From positions 992,001 to 1,056,000 of the forward strand of contig CBDCXV010000010.1 of NCBI GenBank assembly GCA_965223905.1: a stretch of 64,000 nucleotides of DNA, given 5' to 3'. Numbering within the stretch: the stretch's first letter is position 1; every line of letters begins with the position of its first letter. The notes under the pieces were generated by a model that did not search any database, was not told where the DNA came from, and was given only the letters and a program-made list of their open reading frames with translations. This DNA comes from Candidatus Latescibacterota bacterium (lineage in GTDB: Bacteria; Latescibacterota; UBA2968; UBA8231). Of this stretch, positions 29,164 through 39,212 are shown piece after piece. The position numbers were made by a program, and so were the translations under genes.

Positions 29164-30630
29164 TTGGAAGATCGAGCTGACATCACCCTGACAGACCGGC
29201 GAACCGGCACCATAGCACCCGAGCTGTTCGGATGCCTGATCGAGAACTACGGAGCCCTCCTCGACGGCATCTGGGTAGGAGAAGACCCGTCGATTCCGAA
29301 CGACGAGGGACTGCGGCTCGACACCATTGCCGCCCTGCGCGAGCTCGGGATCGGCGCGATCCGTTTCCCCGGCGGCACCCCCGCCGACTACTACCGCTGG
29401 CGGGACGGCGTAAGCCCGGACAGGACACGGACGTGGAATTTCTTCTTCGGCGGCGAAGAGACCAACGAGTTCGGCACCCACGAGTTCGTCCGGCTGTGCA
29501 GGAAGGTGGGAGCCGCACCCTCCATAAAGCTCAACCCGATCAGCGGCACGCTGCACGAAGCGCTCGAGTGGATGCAGTACTGCAACCACGACGGCGACAC
29601 CTACCTCACCGCGGAACGGCGCGCCAACGGCGAACCGGAACCCCTGGGAGTGCGCTCGTGGATCATCGGAAACGAAACCGCCGACGCCTGGTCCCCCGAA
29701 GGGTACGCCGAGCTGGTGTTCAGGTGGACGTTCTTCATGCGCCAGGTCGACCCGGCCTCCCGCATCGTCGCCGAGGGCTGGAATGCCGACTGGAACGAGC
29801 GTTTCCTGAAGCGGTTCTCGACGCTTTCGAAAGCGGGGGGCGTCATCAGCAACGACGTCGCCTCGGCGTCGGAACAGGGAATGGATATCGAACCCGGGGG
29901 CAAGCTGCACATGCTGGGTCTCAAATACCCCAAGGAGCAGGACCTGCGCGATACGATCGCCATGATCGACGAGCACTTCGACGGCGGTCTCGAGCTGTGT
30001 GTCGAGGAATGGGAGGGACAGACGCGGTTCACCTGCGGATGGCCGCAGGAATGGCGCGACACCATGTCGGTTTTCGAGATCGTCCTGCACCAGGGCCGCG
30101 CCAATCTGACATACGAAAACGAGGCCCGGCTCGACGGCGGGCTCAAGGTCGCCGAGCGCATGCACTGGTGGATGCGGCATGCCGATCGCGTGAAGATGGC
30201 GACCTACCTGTATCCGACCAACACCTGGGCGCCTCTGCTCAAAACCAGCGGCGGGGAGCTCCTGCGCACCCCGCAATACCACGCCATGTCGATGCTGGCC
30301 GCGCACAGGAACGCGGAGAGTGTGGGCGTGGAAACCGCAGGTGACCGGATCGATGCCGTAGCCTCGGTCGACGGCGGCAAGCTGACAGTATCCCTGCTCA
30401 ACAAGGAGGAGCGCCCTGTCCGGACAGCGGTACGTGCCGGCGCCGTCGGGCACCCGCGGGTCACTGCCGCGACCGCGCTGACGGGGGATCCCGGCGACGA
30501 GAACTCCTTCGAGGCCCCCGACCGTATCCTTCCGCGCGGCGCGGAGATCTCGTCCGAAGAAGATGGTACGCTCACCGTCTCCTGCGAGCCGCACTCGTTG
30601 ACGGTGATCCAGTGTGAGCTGAAGCCGTGA
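29164..30630 (+). CDS. GH51 alpha-L-arabinofuranosidase-like
   Basis: IRFPGG..DYYRWRDGV, NEFGTHEF, WIIGNE; TTG 29164 preceded by GGGAG (ORF track starts at 29143). Confidence 0.88.
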   Translation: MEDRADITLTDRRTGTIAPELFGCLIENYGALLDGIWVGEDPSIPNDEGLRLDTIAALRELGIGAIRFPGGTPADYYRWRDGVSPDRTRTWNFFFGGEETNEFGTHEFVRLCRKVGAAPSIKLNPISGTLHEALEWMQYCNHDGDTYLTAERRANGEPEPLGVRSWIIGNETADAWSPEGYAELVFRWTFFMRQVDPASRIVAEGWNADWNERFLKRFSTLSKAGGVISNDVASASEQGMDIEPGGKLHMLGLKYPKEQDLRDTIAMIDEHFDGGLELCVEEWEGQTRFTCGWPQEWRDTMSVFEIVLHQGRANLTYENEARLDGGLKVAERMHWWMRHADRVKMATYLYPTNTWAPLLKTSGGELLRTPQYHAMSMLAAHRNAESVGVETAGDRIDAVASVDGGKLTVSLLNKEERPVRTAVRAGAVGHPRVTAATALTGDPGDENSFEAPDRILPRGAEISSEEDGTLTVSCEPHSLTVIQCELKP

Positions 30631-30686
30631 CGGCCGGGTGCTTGCGAACCTTCCCTCGGACCCGGTTCGCAGCGATCCCGCCGCTG

Positions 30687-30948
30687 CCTGTCGCGGGATA
30701 CCGGCGCGGCCTTCGAACTGAACCGGCCATAGGGGAAATCCTGGGTTGCCGGCTGAGTCCTGCGCTCCGCGGCCCTACTAAGACAGCTCCTCCGCTGCAC
30801 AAGCCCGCGCCACTACCTGTCGCGAGAACCCGCCGCGGTCTTCGAACTGAAATACTTCCCTGACGGGGGAATCCCCCGAACTGCCGGGTCGAGCCTGTGC
30901 GCTCCGCGGCAGTACTAAGACAGCTCCTCCGCTGCATAGGCCCGCGCC
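30687..30948. repeat. Imperfect tandem repeat (about 130-bp unit) including a duplicate of the oxidoreductase 3' end
   Basis: Exact 24-mer TACTAAGACAGCTCCTCCGCTGCA at 30776 and 30913; shared CCTGTCGCG, CTTCGAACTGAA and TGCGCTCCGCGGC. Confidence 0.8.
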
Positions 30949-32006
30949 GCGGACAGGAACCCCTGCACATCGACAGGGCCTCCGGTCCGGCAGCTCTCGA
31001 TGGCGGCGAAGATCATCGCCACCGACTGCAGGTTGGCCTCGACGTGGGTCTCCATCGGCTCCCCGCCGTCGAGCCATTGCGCGAACTGCTCCACCAGCCA
31101 GGCGTCCCTCCACTTGCGCTGCTGCAACAGGGGAACGGCTTCTCCGGCGCCGTGGCGGGTGTGAACCGAACCTGCCTCGCGGTCGTGGCCGAACCGCTCT
31201 ATCTCGCGGTGGTCCATGATCAGGGTAGCCGACTCGCACTCGGCGCGCAGGTACTCGTGCCCCCAGCCGTTGAGCCCGACGGCGTTGGTTTTCGCCCCCT
31301 CGTAGAAGGCGCGGACGCCGTTGTCGAGCTGCATCGTCACCAGCGCCTGCGAGTCGCCGCCGTACACGCCCCACCCCGGATTCCATGTCTGGGCGTAGAT
31401 GGTGCGACAGTCGGCCCCACCCATGTCGGCGAGGATATCGAGGTGATGGACTGATCCTTCGATCATCAGCGGGTCCTTCATCTCGTTGCGAAACGCCGCC
31501 CCCCAGTCGCCGCGCTCGCGCATGTCGCAGGTGAAGCGCATGACCAGGTAGTCGACGGCGCCGCAGCGGCCCGACCTGAGGGCCTGGCGGAGGGTCGTCT
31601 TGTCCTGGTCGAAGCGGTGGCTCATGGTGACGCCCATCTTCTTTCCCGCCCGCCGCACCTTTTCGGCGATGCGGCAGGACGCAAGGAGCGTGTCGGCGAT
31701 CGGTTTCTCCGACAGGACGTGCATGCCGTGTGCCAGGGCCGCGTCGACGACGTCCTCGTGAAAAGCCGGCGGCACGACGACCGTGCAGAAGTCGGAGTCG
31801 TTTTCGGCGAATGCTCGCCGAAGGTCGGTGTAGCACCTCTCGCGAGGCAGGCCGAGATACGTCTGGGCGTTCACCAGCACGTCCGGGTTGGTGTCCACCG
31901 CGGCGACCACCTCGATCAGCCCGTCCTCCATGTTGGGAGGCAGTATGCGCTCGCACCAGGCGCGGCCCCGTCCGCCGGTTCCCACCTGGATCATCCTGTA
32001 AGTCAT
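30915..32006 (-). CDS. Gfo/Idh/MocA family oxidoreductase
   Basis: VGTGGRG Rossmann motif, HVLSEKP, EGSVHHLD. Confidence 0.92.
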   Translation of the reverse strand: MTYRMIQVGTGGRGRAWCERILPPNMEDGLIEVVAAVDTNPDVLVNAQTYLGLPRERCYTDLRRAFAENDSDFCTVVVPPAFHEDVVDAALAHGMHVLSEKPIADTLLASCRIAEKVRRAGKKMGVTMSHRFDQDKTTLRQALRSGRCGAVDYLVMRFTCDMRERGDWGAAFRNEMKDPLMIEGSVHHLDILADMGGADCRTIYAQTWNPGWGVYGGDSQALVTMQLDNGVRAFYEGAKTNAVGLNGWGHEYLRAECESATLIMDHREIERFGHDREAGSVHTRHGAGEAVPLLQQRKWRDAWLVEQFAQWLDGGEPMETHVEANLQSVAMIFAAIESCRTGGPVDVQGFLSAARAYAAEELS

Positions 32007-32135
32007 GGTTCTCCTTTACACGGGACAGGTCGCCCAACCAGCGTTGCCGGCCGCTTGCCCGTACCCTCGATAATGGGCTTTGTACAACCCACTCAACCCG
32101 CTGCATACACTATCAAATCCCGCCTCAGAAGCCCG

Positions 32136-33290
32136 ATGAAAATCACCGATATCCGCACGCTCTCGCTCTCGCGCGCCCACGAGCCGGAACGCCAGTGGTA
32201 CAGCGCCACCTTCCACGTGCCCAAGGCCGACTGCTCGATCTGCATCATCGAGACCGACGAGGGTTTGCAGGGAATCGCCGAGCCTTGCGCGTACGGAATG
32301 CCGCCCGAAATCGCCGCTCGCATCGACGAACTCAAGCCCGGTCTCATCGGCCGCGACCCTCGCGGCGAGGACCTTACACCGCACAACGAAGCGGTGCGCG
32401 CCAACGACATCGCCAACGCCGGCCTCAACTGCGCGCTGTGGGATTTGCGCGGCAAGATCGCCGGCAAACCGACCGCCGACCTGCTCTGCGCTCCCGGGCA
32501 GGACCCCCTGCGCCGCCTCCGCCTCTACGCCTCCTCGGGCGTGCGCTACGACTGGGACGACCGCCCCGAGTCCGTGATCGAAGAGGCGATCGGCTACGCC
32601 GAAGAGGGCTTCACCGCCTACAAGATGCGCCTCGGCACCCACTGGGCCTGGTCGGGCGTCACTGTCGACCGCTTCCTGAAAATAGCGCGCCAGGTTCACG
32701 AGGCCGTGGGTGCGCGCATGGACCTGGCCCTCGACGGCAACTGCCGCCTCTCGATGGAGGAGGCGCTGCCCATCGCCGAGGTTCTCGACGGGATGGGCTG
32801 GGCCTGGTTCGAAGAGCCGGTCGAACGCGTGCCCGCGGACTACGCCCGGCTAAACGAGGCCGTCTCCATCCCCATCACCGGCGGCGAACCTTTTACCACC
32901 TGGGAGCAGTTCGAGCCGTTCATGGAGGCGGGGGGCTTCGGCATCGTCCAGCCCGACGCCGGCGTCTGCGGCATCGACCTCTGCATGGAGGTCGGCGGCA
33001 AGGCTTACTTCGACTACGGCGGCATACCCCTGATTCCGCACAACTGGCACAACGGCCTGATGACGATGGCCAACGCCCACATGGTCGCGGCGCTGCCCGA
33101 TCCGCGCCTGGTCGAGCTGAACATGAAGCAGGGTCCCCTGCAGTGGAAGATCCTGCGCGAGAAACCGCCGATCGAAGACGGCCATCTGGTTCTGCCCGAC
33201 GCCCCGGGCTTCGGCGTCGAACTGGCCGACGATCTCGAGGCGCGCTTTCCGTACATCGAAGGCTCCTGGGGCGATCCCGTAGAACGCTGA
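32136..33290 (+). CDS. Mandelate racemase/muconate lactonizing (enolase superfamily) enzyme
   Basis: ALWDLRGK, YKMR, LDGN, WFEEP, TGGE, QPD, IPHNW. Confidence 0.9.
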   Translation: MKITDIRTLSLSRAHEPERQWYSATFHVPKADCSICIIETDEGLQGIAEPCAYGMPPEIAARIDELKPGLIGRDPRGEDLTPHNEAVRANDIANAGLNCALWDLRGKIAGKPTADLLCAPGQDPLRRLRLYASSGVRYDWDDRPESVIEEAIGYAEEGFTAYKMRLGTHWAWSGVTVDRFLKIARQVHEAVGARMDLALDGNCRLSMEEALPIAEVLDGMGWAWFEEPVERVPADYARLNEAVSIPITGGEPFTTWEQFEPFMEAGGFGIVQPDAGVCGIDLCMEVGGKAYFDYGGIPLIPHNWHNGLMTMANAHMVAALPDPRLVELNMKQGPLQWKILREKPPIEDGHLVLPDAPGFGVELADDLEARFPYIEGSWGDPVER

Positions 33291-33296
33291 GGACTC

Positions 33297-34142
33297 ATGG
33301 TCACCGACCTCGAAAACTATCTCTTCGACCTGCGCGGCTACCTGCACCTGGAGGGAGCGCTGACCGGCGGCGAGGTCAAGGATCTCAACGACTGCCTCGA
33401 CGCCATCCCGCCCCTGGAGCCGGGCGACTGGTACGGCCACGTCCACGCCCATTCCTATCGCACGGTCGACGGCCTCAACCTGCAGCAGATCTACGAGGCG
33501 GGCGAACCCTTCGAGCGCATGATCGACCATCCCGCCTGGATAGAGAAAGTGAAGTGCTTCGTCGGCGGCGAGGGCACCTTCGACTACGCGCACGGGCCGC
33601 TGTTCATCGACGAAAACTTTGCCAACTTCCGCCAGCCCGGGGAGGCCATCGGCCTGCACTCCGGCGGCTACCCGCCCAACATGCGCAACCAGTTCCGCTA
33701 CCACGGCGGACGCTACATGTGCGGCCAGATCAACATCCTCGTGGCGCTCACCGACATCGGCCCGGGGGACGGCGGCACCATGCTGATCCCCGGCAGCCAC
33801 AAGTCCAACTTCTCGCATCCCCACCTGGACCGGCACCGCATGCGGCCCGAAGGCGCCACGGTCGAGGGCATCGCCGGTGCCATCGAGTGCCACATGGCCA
33901 AGGGCGACGCCCTGCTCTTCGTCGACGGCCTCTCGCACGGCTCCGCCCGGCGCGCGAACGAGGGCACCCGCCGGATCTTCGTCTATCGCTACGGGCCCTC
34001 CTGGGGAAACTTCCGCCACGGCTACCATCCTTCGGACGAGCTGCTGGCGCGCCTGACGCCCGATCGGCGGCAGATCGTCTGGCCGCAGAAGCCCCGTCCT
34101 GAAGGACCGCAGAAAAAAGCCGGCAAGCAGGTTCCACAATAG
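33297..34142 (+). CDS. Phytanoyl-CoA dioxygenase (PhyH) family protein
   Basis: FDLRGYL, LHSG, IPGSHK, GDALLF..LSHG. Confidence 0.88.
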   Translation: MVTDLENYLFDLRGYLHLEGALTGGEVKDLNDCLDAIPPLEPGDWYGHVHAHSYRTVDGLNLQQIYEAGEPFERMIDHPAWIEKVKCFVGGEGTFDYAHGPLFIDENFANFRQPGEAIGLHSGGYPPNMRNQFRYHGGRYMCGQINILVALTDIGPGDGGTMLIPGSHKSNFSHPHLDRHRMRPEGATVEGIAGAIECHMAKGDALLFVDGLSHGSARRANEGTRRIFVYRYGPSWGNFRHGYHPSDELLARLTPDRRQIVWPQKPRPEGPQKKAGKQVPQ

Positions 34143-34342
34143 CATCATTTTCGCCGACTCCTTCGGCCGCAGGCGGGCCGCCATCGTTCCGGCGCAGTCC
34201 TTACCCGGGTGCGACTTCGCCGCCGAAGGCGGTGAGTCCTGCGACCCGCTGTGGTTCCGTTCTGACCTGATTCGTGCGTTTTCAGGCTGGTGAACCTTTT
34301 GCCGCCGGACTGCGCCCTGTTAGATGAAGCTCGACAGGCCCG

Positions 34343-35761
34343 ATGGAATCCCTCAGCGATCAGACTCTTTCCCGGCTGGTCCGGAGCGGCGACATGGAAG
34401 CCTTCGCCGCACTGATCCGGCGCTACGAACGATCCCTGGGTGCGCTGATCCGCGATCGCCTGGGGCCATGCGACGCGGTCGAGGACGTGCTCCAGGAGAC
34501 GCTCATGCATGCATGGGCGGGACTGCGGGTTCAAGAGCCGCGGAACGCGCGCGCCTGGCTCTACCAGGTAGCGCGCAACCGCTGCAGCGACTACCTGCGT
34601 TCCACCCAACGGCGGGAGCGCGTCGTCGAGTCCGAGGAGCTCACGATGAGGGCAAACCGCCTGGGGGTGGCCGAGGCGCGCCAGCGCCGGTCCGCGGAGG
34701 ACGTGATCGAAGCGTTCGAGGTCGTGCCCGAAAAGGAACGGCGAGCGCTGATAGCGTTCTACCTGGACGGACTAAGCATTGCGGAGATAGCCGCCCGCCA
34801 TCGCTGTCCGCCCGGAACGGTCAAGCGGCGGCTGTCCCACGGCCGCGACCGGGTGCGCAGAGAATTGGGCATCAACAAGACGAGGAGGGGCACTGCAATG
34901 AGCGTCTACGACAGGGAAGCCGCGAAGCGGCCGTTTCCGGAGCGTCGTCCGGAGATCACGGTCTCCAGGAGCACGGGGCAACCGTTCACCATCGACCTTC
35001 GCGAGATGGCATGGTGGTTCATCGTTCCCGAAATCGGTGACCGTGTGCGGTGGGGGGAGTACGAGCAGACCCGCGACGGTTCGGTGCCGAAGTTGACCGA
35101 GGCTGTCTCGATGGCAGCCCGGCGCCCGGCCATCGTCCACGGACGGGAGTGCGTGGAGATCGAGGTCCACGAGCAGTGGTATCCCGACCGGTCCGGGCTC
35201 GTTCCGAACCAGCATGCGCCGGAGGAGGATGAGTCCCGCACCAGGGTCTGGGGCCGGCTGGACGATGCCGAGGTGCAGTGGGTGGCCGTCGAGTCTGCCC
35301 GGAGGGACGACGGCACGAGTGAGCTCCGGACCTTCCTCGACGAAGGCTGGGAGGATGACTTTGCGGCGTCCCCTCGGCTTGTCGAGGACAAGGGCTGCCT
35401 GACCGAGCGGCCGGACGGAACGATTGATCGGAGAACGAACGCTCCGCAGATATTCTCCCACGGCCTGTTCGACGTCCGCATCGGCGGCCGGGAGTTCGAG
35501 TGCATGCGCGTCTTCGACATCGAGACGGATTCATCCGATTCGGAGGTAATCGTCGTGGCGTACATCAGCCGTGAGGACCGCACCGTCCTGTTCCGGAGGT
35601 ACAACGGCAACCGCTGGGGCAAGCGGGACAAGCCGCCCCATAATTGGGGTGCCGCAATGACATGGGAAGAGGACCTGCCGCACGCCCACCGGCTGGTGAT
35701 CGACGGCGTGACGTACGTGCACCAGTGGGACTACCTGAGGGACGAGGCCTGCGGCCTGTGA
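34343..35761 (+). CDS. ECF sigma factor with long C-terminal extension
   Basis: Sigma2 EDVLQET..AWLYQVARN; sigma4 LSIAEIA..GTVKRRL; about 285-aa extra domain. Confidence 0.88.
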   Translation: MESLSDQTLSRLVRSGDMEAFAALIRRYERSLGALIRDRLGPCDAVEDVLQETLMHAWAGLRVQEPRNARAWLYQVARNRCSDYLRSTQRRERVVESEELTMRANRLGVAEARQRRSAEDVIEAFEVVPEKERRALIAFYLDGLSIAEIAARHRCPPGTVKRRLSHGRDRVRRELGINKTRRGTAMSVYDREAAKRPFPERRPEITVSRSTGQPFTIDLREMAWWFIVPEIGDRVRWGEYEQTRDGSVPKLTEAVSMAARRPAIVHGRECVEIEVHEQWYPDRSGLVPNQHAPEEDESRTRVWGRLDDAEVQWVAVESARRDDGTSELRTFLDEGWEDDFAASPRLVEDKGCLTERPDGTIDRRTNAPQIFSHGLFDVRIGGREFECMRVFDIETDSSDSEVIVVAYISREDRTVLFRRYNGNRWGKRDKPPHNWGAAMTWEEDLPHAHRLVIDGVTYVHQWDYLRDEACGL

Positions 35762-35767
35762 CGCCCG

Positions 35768-36568
35768 ATGAACCTCGCTGCACTCACCGGACCAAAGGCG
35801 TTCGGCAGAGCATATCGACGCATGCTCGAAAACGACGCTCATGCCCCGGGGAGCGTCGATCGCGAGCTTTTTGGGAGCATGACAAGACTCTGCGGTGAAA
35901 CTGTGTCCTACCTGTACGGCAGTTTCACAAACCATTCTGTCGGCTATGCACCAGGATCTCGCCCGGACTTGGAGCGCTTCCTTGCCGAGGCTGAATCGTC
36001 GGGAGACGATCCGGTGGATCGGGTCGCCGCCATAGCCGGGCTCACGCGTGGATTGTCTGAGAAGAAGCCGGGCGGCGGACTGTCGGAGATGAGCTTTGGA
36101 GGAACGGAAGAACAGATCATCGAGCGGGGCTCCGATTGGTGCGCGGACGTGGCCCGGGTGGCGTGTGTTCTCTATCAGGTTTCCGGCTTTCCGTGTCGCA
36201 TGGTGTATCTGTTCAATCTCGACGCCGCCTACAGTGGGCACGTGATCGTCGAGGTCCATCGTTCCGGGAAGTGGGGTGCGGTCGACACGAGCTCGGGCGT
36301 TGTCTATCAAAAAGAGGATGGGGTTCCCGCGAGCACCTGGGAGCTCATGAACGATGCCCATCTGGTGAAGCGGCACGCAGGTCCGGAAGCGTGGTATACG
36401 AACCCCGAGCAGTTCATGGCGGCGGGTATTGCCAACTACAACGCGAGCGATTCCGATCTGTATGATTACGAGGTGACTGGATTGAACGACTACACGCGTG
36501 CCGTACTGTCCATGGCCGACCGGGGATGGCCGGGGGGCCTTCGCTGGCTGCACGGCGAACTCAGATAG
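35768..36568 (+). CDS. Transglutaminase-like domain protein
   Basis: Cys-His-Asp pattern WCADVARV...GHVIVEV...WGAVD. Confidence 0.78.
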   Translation: MNLAALTGPKAFGRAYRRMLENDAHAPGSVDRELFGSMTRLCGETVSYLYGSFTNHSVGYAPGSRPDLERFLAEAESSGDDPVDRVAAIAGLTRGLSEKKPGGGLSEMSFGGTEEQIIERGSDWCADVARVACVLYQVSGFPCRMVYLFNLDAAYSGHVIVEVHRSGKWGAVDTSSGVVYQKEDGVPASTWELMNDAHLVKRHAGPEAWYTNPEQFMAAGIANYNASDSDLYDYEVTGLNDYTRAVLSMADRGWPGGLRWLHGELR

Positions 36569-36572
36569 GGGC

Positions 36573-37112
36573 ATGTTACCGAGCACATGGTCGGAGGGGC
36601 AGATCGTCATACGGGCGGTCGAGGCAGCGCATACACCGGCGCTGCATGCGGCGTTTCTGGAATGTTCGGACGCCGCCGCGGTCGATCCCACGTTTTCCGA
36701 GGTGCCCGAGAGCGAGATCCGCGAGCTGGTGGAGCGCTCGGCAGCGGCCGAGTCGCAGGAGCGCGGCATCCGCATGCGGAGCATCCACGTCGGTCCGGCC
36801 GGCGAGCTGGCCGGCTATTTCCACCTTACCGAAGACGTTCCCTCCGCGGGGGATGTCTGGCTCTCGATCCTCGCTATCCGGCCGCGATTCCGGCGCAGCG
36901 GCGTCGGCAGGGCAACCATCGAAAGCCTCAAGAGGGTGCTGTCCGCCGAGGGCTTCCGCTTCGCCCTGGGGCGCGTCTATATGGCCAACGTCCCGGCCTT
37001 GCGGTTCTGGGCTCGCCTGGGGTTCACCGAGATCGTTTCCCATCGGGGGGACTACGTCGGCTTCGAGTTGGAAAAACCCTGTATTGTCCTGCGGGCATCG
37101 CTCGACCAGTAG
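36573..37112 (+). CDS. GNAT acetyltransferase
   Basis: AIRPRFRRSGVG, NVPALRFWARLGF. Confidence 0.85.
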   Translation: MLPSTWSEGQIVIRAVEAAHTPALHAAFLECSDAAAVDPTFSEVPESEIRELVERSAAAESQERGIRMRSIHVGPAGELAGYFHLTEDVPSAGDVWLSILAIRPRFRRSGVGRATIESLKRVLSAEGFRFALGRVYMANVPALRFWARLGFTEIVSHRGDYVGFELEKPCIVLRASLDQ

Positions 37113-37124
37113 GCGATCCCGCAC

Positions 37125-38238
37125 GGGGCGCGCGCCACTCAGACGATTCCCCAGCTCACCCGCCCCAGCTCGCGCGAACGCTCCCCCTCGTACGCCGGAT
37201 CGATGTCGAACTCGCGATCAAGCCACAGCACCCCGTTGCCCGGGACTCAGCGAATCGAGGGCAGGTGATCCCGCCGTTCCGGCTCTGGTGGGCTATCCGG
37301 GTAGACGCTGGGGGGCGCGATGGCGGAACGGGGGCGTTCAGGCCCGTCTGCGAACCGGCTGCAGGGTTGCCTGCCGTGGGGTTTTCCGGGTCCTCTTTGG
37401 CTCTTTGTGGGGACACGGTGTCGAGCTGGTCTCGGGGCAACCGAGCGAAGGAGGGCACGGGAAAGGTCTGCGTGAGGACCCGGTGCCTCAGTTCGTGCCA
37501 GCGCCCGCACTTGAAGGCGGCGCGCAAATGCATCAGGTCGGCGACGGTTTCGGTGGCCCAGAACGTGCTGGGGGCTTTGAAGCGCAGGTTGATGACCCGG
37601 CGGATGGCGCTCTCCACAGGCCCCGATCCCACCGGCACCTTCCGACGAGTCAGCTTGACGTAGGCCATGCGATGCGTGGTGTCGTTCGAAGTAGTCGATG
37701 GCCGTGTTCATCTTCCGACCCCGCCGGCCGCGCGCTTCGGCTTGGAGGGCTTCGATGACCTTGTGGACGCCGTCCGCATCGCGACGCAGCACGTGACGCA
37801 GCCTTTCGTACTGCTGCCGGCGCTCCGAGGCGTTGCGATCCCGACCCAACTCGATGGCGTCGTGCAGGTGCTCGCTGGCGTGGTAGAAGTCGACCCCCTC
37901 GACCCAGCGCCGGGTGGGGATCTCGGCTTCCTGACGGATCTGGTCGCTGCGCTCCCAGATCCACTCCGCGCCGTCGGCGATGAACACCCCCCTCTGGGCG
38001 TGGGCGGCGCCCAGCAGGCGCAGATAGCCGATGATCAGCGCCCTGGTCGCCTCGGCATCCTCCAGCAGGGTGTCGTACAGAGGCCGCCGTAGCGGGTCGG
38101 CCTGGCCGTTGCGGTCGAGCACGTCGATCAACAGCACGCGCGGTTCCCGCCAGGGCGTGTCGAACCGGTGGCGTCCCTTCTTCGTCCTGCGACCCGGGCG
38201 CGGCGACCGGGTGCGCACCCGCCCTCCGTCGATGCTGA
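37125..38238 (-). mobile_element. ISKra4/ISLre2-like transposase 3' part (pseudogene)
   Basis: SIDGGRVR, FIADGAEWIW, VDFYHASEHL, VGSGPVESAIRRVINLRFK; frameshift near 37670; 5' part absent. Confidence 0.75.
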
Positions 38239-39212
38239 CCCGGCGCAGGAGATCAAGGCCCTACGGGCCTATTTGCGGCACCGAGAGCGCCTGGTGGAGT
38301 ATGCCGCCGCCCACATTCAGCATATGCAAAAAGCGCTGATGCAAATGAACATTCAGGTGCACCACGTCCTATCCGACATCACCGGTGCGACCGGGATGGC
38401 CATTCTTCGTGCCCTCGTGGCCGGGAATCACGACCCGAAAAAGGTGGCCCTGTTTCGCGATGTCCGCTGCAAGGCTTCCGCCGAGACCGTCCAGGCAGCG
38501 CTGACGGGTCACTACCGACCGGAACATCTGTTTGCTCTGCGCCAGGCCCTTGAGCGGTACGACAGCTACCAGGCGAAGGTGAAAGAGTGTGATCACGCCA
38601 TCGAGGCTGCCTTACTCGCTCTCCATCAAGACACTGGAGAAGAAGAGTTGCCTCCTGCTCGACATAAGACGCGTCAGGCGAACGAGCCCAACTTCAATGT
38701 GAGAGCAGCCTTGTTTGGCGTGCTGGGCACCGACTTGACCCAGCTGCATGGATTCGGACCCAACACCGCACTCAAGCTCGTGGGTGAGTGTGGCACGGAT
38801 ATGACCCGGTGGCCCACGGCCAAGCATTTCACCTCATGGCTCACCTTGTCACCCGGAAGTAAGAAATCTGGGGGCAAGGTCCTCAGCTCCAAAACCTGCC
38901 CGTCATCAAGCCGCGCGGCCAAAATACTCCGCCTGGCTGCGGTCAATGTGGGCAAGACGAGTACTGCTCTTGGGGCGTTTTATCGCCGATTGGCATCTCG
39001 AATCGGTGAAGCCAAGGCGGTAACCGCGACAGCACGTAAACTGGCCGTACTCTATTACAACGCGCTACGATACGGCATGGCGTACCAGGACCCTGGGGTT
39101 TCGTACTACGAGGAACAGTATCGCCAACGTGTGATCAAGGGGCTCCGCAGACGCGCCAAACAGATGGGATATGAGCTCTCTCAGGTCCACGCTACAGAGG
39201 GAGTTTCTTAGG
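38239..39212 (+). mobile_element. IS110-family transposase, 5'-truncated
   Basis: QKALMQMNIQ..VLSDITGATG, FTSWLTLSP..SGGK, ATARKLAVLYY; the DEDD N-terminus is absent. Confidence 0.85.

Noticed and set aside
34225-34245. GC hairpin TCGCCGCC-GAA-GGCGGTGA as terminator or REP element
   Set aside because: No U-tract and no second copy noticed in the window
38239-39212. Functional IS110 bridge-RNA recombinase
   Set aside because: The DEDD domain and left non-coding end are deleted, and no non-coding right flank is present
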